Below, one piece after another: positions 1 through 11,300 of a stretch of DNA of 64,000 nucleotides. Under the pieces are notes generated by a model that made no database searches, was not told the origin of the DNA, and was given only the letters and a program-made list of their open reading frames with translations. The DNA is from Euglena gracilis (taxonomy: Eukaryota): assembly GCA_039621445.1 (NCBI GenBank), contig CP154954.1:32264012-32328011 (forward strand), given 5' to 3'. Made by a program: the position numbers and the translations under genes. Positions within the stretch are counted from its first letter, which is position 1; each line of letters opens with the position of its first letter.

Positions 1-3000
1 GTGGGCATAGCCAAGCACCACACCGCCCACGGGCACACCAAGTGCCAGCGCCATAGAACAACGACAGGGACTGAAAAAGACAGGGGGGGGGGGGACGAGG
101 GGTCGGCGTTGAACATCGTACGAGGGACTGAAGGGGGGGCAAAGAGGCGAAGGTGGGGGTGTTCACCTCATCCTGCCCGGTTTGCCGTGCCTTTTGACAC
201 GTTGCCCCCCTCCCGCCGCGAGGAGGCTGGGCACCGCTGAGGTCTCGGTGGGAGGGACAAAGGGGGGGGGGGTCGTGGCTGACCAGGGGGGTTGGGCTGG
301 ACACCACACAGCAAGCTGGGCCAGAAGCGAAGTTAGTGCCGGCCATAAACAGACAAGAAGCCTTCGTGCAACTAAGGGGGGGGGGGGGTTGGGCTGGGTG
401 GGCAACCCGCCAGAGGCGGGGTTTTCTTCTATTTTTGGCGTGAAGAGCCGAAAAAATTTTCCTCCGTCGGCCCCCCCCCCCGGGGGTGGTTGGGTGGGTC
501 CGGCCCCCCCCTCCGGGTCCTAAAGAAGCCTCTGCCCCCCCCCCCCGAGGAATCTGCTGAAATAAAGGGGCTGGCGGTCCAGCCCAGCGCAGCCAGGCTG
601 GACCGAAAAAAATTTGGCGCAAAGCGCCGAAAATTTTTTGAAAGAAGGGAGTCGAATTTGGCCAAAAGTGGCATTTTTTGAAGGGTTTCGGGGCCTTTGG
701 CCACAAATTTTGGCAGAAAAATTCCAACTCACCTGGGTTTGGCCTTTTCCGCCAGGTTTTGCGTATCATCTGATTCCAGCCCGGCAGTTGGCTGGATCCC
801 CCCCCCTCTGGAGGGGTCCAGCCAGCACCTTTTTCCAGCCGGCCGGATAGACCCCCTCCCCCCCCCGGGTCCTTAAAGAAAACCTCTGGTGGAGGGAGGC
901 GTCTCTGCTTCAGTGCATTTCTTTGGATGGTAAGAGTCTAAGCTCTTAACAGGTTCTGGATTTGCAGCAAAGGACTTGCTGCAAATCCTTCCAGGATTTT
1001 CTTCAGTGGTTGGAGGTTCTGCATGCCCAGGATGCAGCTGGAAGGCCCTTCTGCAATTTTATGCCACTCAGTTGGAACCCCCCATTTCAACGCACGAAAT
1101 CGCTTCTCCCCACTGCCACCAGAACCCTTTTTATGTTTTTATGTTTCCATGGGGTAAGTTTTTTTTTTGAGGTGTCCGCACGGGGGGGATGTCTGTCTGA
1201 CCGCTCGGTCCTCCAAATTCCCATTCTCCCAAATAAAGGTTGCCATTTTGACCCTTCCCCAGTTGGTCAAGTTTCTACACAAATTGGCCACCTTGCCCCT
1301 AAAAAAATTAAAAAAACAAAACAAACGATGCGCATGCCCGGTTGTCCAAAATCATTTCAGATCTTGCTGAAGAGCGACAGTGCGTCAGGCAGAAACCACT
1401 CAGGTGGTGTATCTCGCGTTTAAGCTTTCTTGTGTCATGTGTGTATGTGCGCACACATGTGGACATAAGAAGTTTGAAACTTTTGTTTTAGAGGGTTTTG
1501 GCCCAGGTTTTTGAACTGCTTGTGACACGTCGCCACTCCATTTATTTATTTTTGTAATTTTCCGGTGGTTACACCTGGGGGAATGGTGCAGATTTGGTGT
1601 TTTTGACCCTCCGAATTATGTCGCCAGGTTGTGGAATCGTCGCCGAATTATGTCGCCGAATTATGTCCCCGGCACTGACCTCCCCAAAATGAGAAATTCA
1701 CCAAAAACCACGAAAACCCCGGTCCTTGCCTCCCCCCCCCCCCCGTGTGGCAACGGCCGGCCCCGGGTGATGTTCTGGAGGTGGGGTGGGTCCATCCTTT
1801 TGCTTGCGTTCTGAGGCCCTGCGGCAGGTTGTGGAGATTTTTGAAGCTGGTTACGAAAGGAATGGAAACTCACATGCAACAAACAAAGGGGGTGGAAATG
1901 GACTGTTGGAGAACTCTGTCACCTGGTGGTTGATGAGGGGGATACAGAACACAGGAGGATTGCCACAAGTTACCAGTTGAATTCGGTGGCAAATTGTCCA
2001 CACTACCCCATTGATGTTTAAGATTCTGTAACGCCCACACAACAGAAAAAAAATATGTCGTTGTTTGCAAATGTGCACATCGACGATGTGTGTATTTGCA
2101 AACACCTTCCACTTTAAAATCAATCAAGCACCTCCTATGCCACCTTGTTTGGAGCTGGAATATGAATGTGATGAAATTTTAGCCTTTACTCCTTTGGACC
2201 ACGTTACCATGAAGATTGCTGGTATCTTTGGTGGTTGGTGTGTGCAAATACCTGACCATTGAAATGGTTGATTGACACACCAACCGAAATTTTGTTTCAG
2301 TTTTGAAGCCTTAACAACATTTTACCCCAAGTATTTTAGTTCAAAAATCGGACACGGTACATTGACTGGGAAGGGATGTGCCGGCTAAGTTGAAATCTTG
2401 GCATTCAAGGGGCCATATAATGCAAACCCTCACACGCTTTTTGACCTTTTGAAACACATTGCGCAACGCCTCCGTTTTGAGCGAAACAACATCTTCTCTT
2501 GTCTCAGAAGTCCAGGTACCTTTAAACTGAATTATTAAAGATAAAATTTGGAAGTTCGGTAGGTTTGGTGTTTCAGAGATCAAAAAATGGATTTTCATAG
2601 GCCCAACTGCCGATGCCCAAATTTGGACCCAGAACTCTGGTCTGTTAGTTCTACAAAATATCTCCCAATTCAGGATTTTCAAACTGCAGTATTGCCTCAC
2701 CCTCTAATTGGCACGTGTTTCAGTTGCGCAAGTGGTTGTTGTGTGCAGTTGCGACCAAACTGAGCAACAGGTGATGTGCTCATTTGCGCAAACCAACCAC
2801 TTGTGCAATTCACAAGCACACCAATTTCAGCTTGCGTGTGTGACCCTTTTACGCATTTGCGGAAATGGTTGGTTTGAGCATTTGCACACACCGTTCATTT
2901 GTGCAAACGCACACACCGACCACCAATTTATCACAAAGCCACAGTTCAGGGCATAGTTTCAGGCTTTGTCTCACCTTCCTAAATATTTTCAGTACCATCC

Positions 3001-3782
3001 CATTTTAATGAGCAGCCGTTTGACAGTTTCGAAACACACACATGCTGGGTGTTACGTACCCCATATGCTGTGGTGGCACCTGCTCTGAGGTACCCCCAGC
3101 CCCACAACCGGCCACAAGTTCATTCCTGTCAGAGCGTCTTTTAAGCTGCAGGGGCCCCACGCTGGGGGGGGGGGGAGGGTGGGGAAGGGGTCCAGCCTGT
3201 TTCCAGCCAGCAGCTTGTGTCCGGCCCCACAGGGTACTTCAGCGACATGCTAAGCCTTGGTCAAGGCTGGGGGTGGGCTGGGTTGCAAAAAAAACGTGTT
3301 ATCATTATTGTCATCGGTCAATGGTATCGTTTTGTTACCACAGCAGGCGGCCAAAACACATCCCATCTCACTGGCACATTCTCAGAACATTATATATATT
3401 CCAACGAATGCCCCTTGTTCGGACCACAAAATTTTTGTCACCTAAGTGTTCATTCACAACAGAAGCAAGCAAGAAGCTACCATGGGGGCAGGCATATTGC
3501 AGGTCTTGTGAATTTTGGAAAGAAGCAGGTTTGAGTTTGAGATTATGGATTAATTGTAGTCCGGCAGCTTAGTGTTATTCAATTTATTTTTTTTGGTTTT
3601 TGAAAAAATTGTTAAAGCAATGCAACTCACGTTTTGCTTTTAACGCTAAATAGTGATTTTCTGCTTAGAAAAAATGTGTGTGTATATATAAAATTTGTGT
3701 GTATGCATAAAAATTAAAAAAAATTGGCTGCCCACCATGTCGTCCACAGGCCAGCACTTACCCAGGATGCGGCCATGACGGA

Positions 3783-5345
3783 ATGGCACACGCACTGCTC
3801 CGCCCCCGTGCTGCCATCACTGTGGCGGCGGTGTGGCTGACGCTGCTGGTGGCGGGGGCCGTCTCCACTGAGCCCTCTCCCCTCCCTCCCAACCCGGGGG
3901 CCGTCTTCCCCCCCCCCCAAGCCACGCCACAGCAAACTCTCGGAAGGGGCAGGGCCACCAACGAAGTGCCTTCCAGCAAGCCAACCAGCATTGAACGCCG
4001 GCACCGCTGACCTGTGCCGTAGTACAAAAGGATGCCGGGGGGAGGGGACGATTCCGCCCAGAAAGTAAAGCAGCTGTGTCTGCATGCATGCAGAAACCCC
4101 CACAGCCTCACCCATCGCGTGGAGTGCCCCCGCCCCCGTCCCCCGCCCGAGGAGCTCAGCCCGAATCCTCCGCCCGAGGAGCTCCACCCGGATCCCTTGC
4201 CCGAGGACCTGCGCCCCAGTCCCCGGCCTGGGGAGCTCTTCTTCTTCACCATCGCGTCGCGGCAGTACGGCTTCGTGTGCGACATGCTCCGCAGCGCCGT
4301 CCGCAACAACATCACGGCCAGGCCCCCAGCCCACCCGCTGGGGTATGGCCGGCGCTCTTTCGTGACAGTAGCCTCCCAAAGCCCTCTGGATTTCTCCGCC
4401 TGGATGTCCTCTCCGAGAGGGTGGGGGCCCGGGCCTCCGATGCACGTGTTCGGGTGGCACGAGAAGCACCTGACAAAGAAGACGAAGGTGGTCAAGATCC
4501 CCCTCATCCTGGCCGCCCTCAAGGTGTGGCCCCTCGGGCCGGAGACGGGGGGGGGGGGGGCGTGACCGGGGACTAGGGGACGGGCGGGGAGGGTGCCCAG
4601 GGCCACCCGCCCCGCCTCAACGCCCCCGCTGGCAGATTCTCGGCGGCGGCGGAACGCTGCGCCGCGCACCAACCATCAGTGTCAGATCACTATCAGGCAG
4701 TGCCTTGCGTCAACCATCAGGCTGCAGCCACCAGACACAAGCAAAGGAGGGGGGGGGGCTGTGGCGCCATGGCTGCCTGCGTGTCTGACTGATGCGGATT
4801 AGGGGGGCCGGTCTCCCCTCCCCCTCCCCTGGCCCATCAGACGGTGCCGCCGGACACGGTGGTGGTGATGGTGGATGCCTTCGACGTCCTGTTTGCGGAT
4901 GCTGAGGCAACCATCGCTCGGCGCTACCGGGAGCTGAACGCGGACGTGGTAGTCGGTATGCAATGATGGTTGAGTAAACATGTCTGTATGTATGACCATG
5001 TCTGCAGTATTGTAACCTTCTTTTATATCCATGTTACACATGCGTGTATGTTGTGTGGTTGAACCGGTCATAAGGCAACTACTGAATTCTCATTCAAAAA
5101 ATCAAGTGTGGTTGTTTTGTTGTTGTTGTTTTTGTATTGAGCGTGCAAGAATTCAAAATGGTGTATGTGTGTGCACATGAATGCATTGGTGCATGCATTC
5201 ACCCACCCAGACACGCATGCACGCACATGCATATGCACATGGGCACAACACTTCTGCACACACGCCTTTACACAACATACCACACCAACCCACCCATCCC
5301 CCACACATGCGCGCGCACACATGCACAGGCTCAGCACAAAACACA

Positions 5346-5399
<54 letters not shown>

Positions 5400-8300
5400 A
5401 ACGCGCATGGACGCGCAAACACAATCTCTACCAGTTTCCCTGTTTTGTGAGAATTTTTTTTATATTTTCATGAAAAGATCAAGAAATGTGAAATTGATTG
5501 CGGCGACTGTGGGGGTTGGTTTCGTTGTTTGTCTTTGAATTGTGGAATTGCAACAAATGCTTGCTTTTTGTACGGTGAAGGACAAAGAATTAGGGATATC
5601 TTAAGATGGCCGGTGGCTGGTTGAAATTATTTGGGACTAACTCCTGACAGCGACTTGTGGATGCGATATCTTGCAAAAAAAAATGCTACAACCACCCGCC
5701 AACAAACACAAACATACATCCACCCTCTGCGTATGCACCAGCCCTTTGCTTAAGGGTTCGCATTAGCCCCCTCCCCGGATGGCTGTACTGCAGCTAGTCC
5801 AAGTTTAGCTAATGGATTATCTTAAGATGGCGGTGGCTGGTTGAAATTTATTTGGGAATAATAAAGGATCCTGACAGCGGACCTTTTTTCTTACAGCGAC
5901 TTGTGGATGCGATATCTTGCAAACAAAAAATGCTACAACACACCCGCCAAACAAAAAAACACAAACATACATCCACCCTCTGCGTATGCACCAGCCCTTT
6001 GCTTAAGGGTTCGCATTAGCCCCCTCCCCGGATGGCTGTACTGCAGCTAGTCCAAGTTTAGCTAATGGAAATCCTAATGTGTGTGAATGTGTGTGAATGT
6101 GTGTGTGTGTGTGCGCGCGCGTGGGTGTCTGTGAAGGTGTGAGGTGTGGTGTGTGCGAACGTCAGGTTCTTTTATGCGAGGGTCCCGTCGGCCCAGGGTG
6201 CGAGCGGGCGTGTTACAATGAAATGCTTGGCCAGACATGCTACGAGCGGTTCCCCCGCCAGCCCTCCAGCCAGGCCCCCGGCCCCTCACCCAGGGTTCGC
6301 TATAAGGAGAGCCATACAGGGTTTAGGTCCGCACGTGAATAACTCGGGCCTGGCGGGGAGTTGGGGGTCAAACCCAGGTGATTCAGAAATCCAGTCGCTC
6401 GCGGCTGAAAAAAAAATTTGGGAACCGGGCCGGGATCATGGTGATAATCCGTCGGTTCTCCTGGTGGCCCCGACCCGGGGGGGGGTGGGCGGGGAGGGGG
6501 GGGGTCGAGGGGGGGTTTCGCCGGTGGTAAGCTTCGCTCTTACCCATAAAGGGATAAGAGCTCAGCGACCCCCCCTTTTTAAGCCCCCCCCCCCTTTGGA
6601 CTCTGCCATTTCGGCCAAAAAATGTCAATTTTCAAAATATCTCCAAAATGAAGCCCAGTGAAAGGAAATGTCCGGAGACCTAAATTGAAGCCCTTGGAAC
6701 GCTCCATCAACTGTGATTTTGGTTTCCCCGCAGCTCCCCGCCCAGTCCGAGATACGGGCGTTTTTTGGCCAATTTGGGCCATTTTGTACACTTTTTCCAC
6801 TGTTCGACGTTTTCGGCCAAAAAAGTCGAAAAAATCGAAAAATAATTTTTGCCCGAAACGATTTTTTTTTTGGCCTCCCGGAACCAGAAAAACTGTTTTT
6901 GAGCCGAAAATGAACGTTTTTTGACCCGCAGCGCCCCGTTTCGGGCACAAAACCCTTGCATTTCAGTCAAAAGAGCTCCATAGAGTGGGCCGGTGTATAT
7001 GGGGGGTCGCTGAGCTCTTATCCCTTTATGGGTAAGAGCGAAGCTTACCACCGGCGAAACCCCCCCCTCGACCCCCCCGCTCCCCCTGGAGAACCGACGG
7101 ATTATCACCATGATCCCGGCCCGGTTCCCGAAATTTTTTTTTTCGGTCGCGAGCGACTGGATTCCTAGTTTCCGAATCACCTTTGTTTGACCCCCAACTC
7201 CCCGCCAGGCCCGAGTTATTCACGCGCGAAGGGGTCCAAACTGGGTAGGATTTACCCGCCCCCCCCCTGGATAAGCCCCCCCCCCCCCTGGACTCTGCCA
7301 TTTCGGCCAAAAAAATGGCAATTTTCAAAATATCTCCAAAATGAAGCCAAATCAAAGGAAATGTCCGGAGACCTAATTTGAAGTCCTTGGAACGCCCCAT
7401 CCACCGGTATTTTGATTTCCCCGCCTAGCCCGAGATACGGCCGTTTTCGGCGCAGATGGCCATTTTGTACACTTTTCCCTCTGTTCGACTTAGCCGTTTT
7501 CGGGGGGTGGGGGGTCAAAAAATCGATGTTTTCCAAATTTCTCCGAAATGATGCAAAATCAAAGGAAATGTCCGGAGACCTAAATTGAAGCCCTTGGAAC
7601 GCTCTATCTACTGGGATTTTGGTTTCCCCACAACTCCCCGCCCAACCCGAGATACGGGCGTTTTTCGGCCAATTTGGGCCATTTCAGGCCATTTTGTACA
7701 CTTTTCCCTCTGTCCAACTTAGCCGTTTTCGGCCAAAAAAAGTCGAAAAAAATCGAAAAAAAAATTTTTTTGCCCGAAACGATGTTTTTTGGCCTCCCGG
7801 ACCCGGAAAAACTGTTTTGGAGCCGAAAACGAGCGTTTTTCGACCCGCCGGCGCCCCGTTGTGGGCCGCCGACCCATTGACTTTTGGGTCAAAACCGGGT
7901 CAAAAAAAGTCGAAAAAAATCGAAGAACTTTTTTTTGCCCGAAACGATGTTTTTTTGGCCTCCCGGACCCGGAAAAACTGTTTTTGAGCTGAAAATGAGC
8001 GTTTTTCGACCCACCGGCACCCTGTTTCTGGCACAAAACCCATGGATTTCACAGCTCCATGGATCGCCGTGTATTGGGGTCCTGATGTCGCCCTTTATGG
8101 GTAGAGCGAAGCTTACCTAACTAGTTCCAGTACCACGCGTCAAACCCCCCAAGAAAAAGCCCCCCCCCCCCCAACCGCACCCCCGTGGATCGGGCTGCCC
8201 GCCCCCCCCTTTCGCCGTCCCAAACCATGTTTTCTTATTCCCCCTACTTTCCACCTTCGACCCGCCGCCCCGTTTCGGGACCCCCATTGCAAAATTTCCC

Positions 8301-11300
8301 CTTTTTTCAGTCCCAAACTCACTCCCACCTGTTTCTTCGCTCATTTTTCCCCGCGTCTAGACAGCTTGTGTCCACCCCCCCTCCCCTCCGCTAACCCCCA
8401 ACCCACCGATAAATCCTCCATATCCACCCGGCTTTTTTTTTCGCGAGCGACCCTAGTTTCCGAATCACCTTGACCCCCAACTCCGCGCCAAGGCCCGTTA
8501 TTCACGCGCGAGGAACCCGCCCCCCCCCCCCCCCCCCCTGGATATAGCCCCCCCCCCCCTGTGGACGCCATTTCGGGCCATTTCGGCCAAAAAAATGGCA
8601 CATTTCAACATATCTCAAAATGAAAAAAATCTAGTAAAAATGAAGCCAAATCAACGGAAAAGTCCGGAGACTCTAATTTTTTATGCCCCTGGAACGCCCC
8701 ATCCACCGGTATCTTTTGATTTCCGAGTTCCTAGCCCCTGACGCCGGAACAAACGTTTTTGGAGCCGACATTTGTACCGCCTAGCCCGAGATACGGCCGT
8801 TTTCGGCGCAGATGGCCGTTTTGTACACTTTTCCCTCTGTTCGACTTAGCCGTTTTCGGGGGGTGGGGGGATTAAAAAATCGATGTTTTCAAAATTTCTC
8901 GAAAATGATGCAAAATCAAAGGAAATGTCCGGAGACCTAAATTGAAGCCCTTGGAACGCTCTATCTACTGGGATTTTGGTTTCCCTCAACCTTCCCCGCA
9001 CTCCCCTCCCTCCCAACCCTCCCGAGATACGGGCGTTTTTTTTGGCCAATTTGGTTCCATTTCAGGTCCATTTTGTTACACTGAGCTCTTATACCTTTGT
9101 GGGTAAGAGCGGAAGCACGGGCCCGTGGAAGGGGTGTGTTTTGACCCCCCGCCCCGCCCTCCCCTGGGGGTAAGACGAGCTTACCCCCGGGGAAAGGGGT
9201 TGTTTGACCCCCCGCCCCGCCCGCCCCTGGGTAAGACCGCAAAAACTGCAGATTATTACCATGATCTCGGCTCCGTTCGCAGAATTTTTTTTCAGTCACG
9301 AGCGACTGGAGTTTCTGAATAACCTCCGTTTGATCCACAACTCCTCGCCAGGCCCGAGTTATTCACCCGCGAAGGGGTCCAAACTGGGTAGGATTTTCCA
9401 CCCCCCCCCACAGTTTCGACTCTGCCATTTCGCTGGGGTTAGATTATCGGTCAAAAAAGTTGATTTTTCGAAAATATTTCAAGAAATGTACATTATTCCC
9501 GGAAGTGTCGGTCTGACAAAATGTGCCCCTGGAGGCCCTCTATCACCCCCCATTCGCCATTTTGGCTGCCGACACACCTGGCCCCTGTTACTGCGCGCTT
9601 TTGTGGCCGAAAACAGCCATTTTGGAGTGTTTTGGGGCCATTTTTTTTTTTTTTCGTCAAATAAAAATCGATTTTTTTTTCGAAATATCTCGACAATGAA
9701 GCAAAATCCAAAAATATCCGGAGAGCAAAAGTGAAGCCCTTGGAATGCCCTATCCAACCATGGCTGCATGGGTTATTTTCCTCCCAACTCTTCGTGTAAC
9801 CCAAGTTACGGCCATTTTTCGGCTAATTTCGGCCATTTTGTGCAGTTTTGGCTATCCCGAGCTTATTACCTTTTTGGGTAAGATAAGTTGGGGGGGGGAA
9901 AGGGGTTGTTTGACCCCCCGCCCCGCCCGCCCTGGGTTAAGATCGGGGCGGTCAACAAATTTCTTTTGGCAAACCCTGGCCCGGACCCTGGACCTGGATG
10001 GTGAGGGGCCCAACTCACCATTCTTTGCCCCGCTTCCAAATGTGAAATTGATGGGGTTCTGAGAGAGCACTGGTTTTTTCCCTTTTGCCTGCGGTTGCCT
10101 GTTGGAACTGCACATGCTTTTTTTTATTCGGAGGAATGGTGTGATTGTCGTCGGGGGTGCGGTCCCCGTGACCCCCCCCCCCGTGAACCCCCCGTGACCC
10201 CCCCCCGTGACCCGCGCCACCCCCGTCAAAATTGGACGGTATTCTGATGAACCAAACTGACCAAGTGTCAAACGAAGTGAAAAAGTGAAGTGTTTAAAGG
10301 CATGGGAATACATTTTAAAAACAATGCGAGGACTTCCTCAGTTCATGTGATTTTTTTTGGTAGTTTCAATTACTTTGTCCAAAAGTTTCAATAACTTTGT
10401 CCAAAAGTTTCAATAATTTGTCCAAAAGTTTCAACAATTTTGTCCAAAAGTTTCAATAATTTTGTCCAAAAGTTTCAACAATTTTGTCCAAAAGTTTCAA
10501 TAACCCTGTCCACTCACTGTAAGAGCTCAGCACTATTCAAAACCTGGTCAATGAAGGGGTGGGTGCGCGCTTATCAATGAAGGGGTGGGTGCGCGCTTAT
10601 CAAGAGCTCAGCATTATTCAAAACCTGGTCCCCCCCACCCCGCACCTCGACCGAAGGCGGTCCGACCCCCCCCCCCCCACCTGCCTTTATATCGAAGCCT
10701 GCCTTCACCCCATTCCCATGGCACTCTTCTTCTGAGGGCGAAGCCCCACTATGCCGGTGAGTTGAAGAAATGGAGAATCCACCAGGAGACACAAGGGCAT
10801 TGTCTAATGATCACCCTTTTTTTAGCACGCTCTTCATTCCCCTTTTTGGGATGTTGTTTCCATGTGCAAAACAAATATATAAAGTGTCTTGGTTTCACCC
10901 CCTGGTAAAGAGCACAGGTGGTACTGGTCATTCATCGGTAATGGAGGAGAGGCAAACTTTATGTATAGTTACATATAAAGTATAGTGCAGTAATTACGTT
11001 GGGAAGAAAAACTCCCCAGAAACGTTTTTTCCGATGCCGAGGCCCTGCAAGTGGCTATGGGGGACTGAATAGTGGTGCACTCATCGGCAAGGCTGGTGCC
11101 GTTACCGAGTTGTACCAGTTAGCCGCAGTATGGATTGTGCACTTGCAGATGCTCTTCATTGGAGAGGGGACTGTATATTTCAATTTTTGAAATGAAATTC
11201 AAAGTCATTATAAACCTTTCAAAGAAAATTTCCTTTCTGTCAAATTTTAACAATCATGCAGCATGTTTTTTTTAAAACAAAAATGGAAGGTTGCACCTCT

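Noticed and set aside
6280-10010. ggcccctcacc / ggtgaggggcc 11-bp inverted pair as intron or element ends
   Set aside because: The TIR and TSD fit the end at 10701 better, and no convincing exon follows 10010
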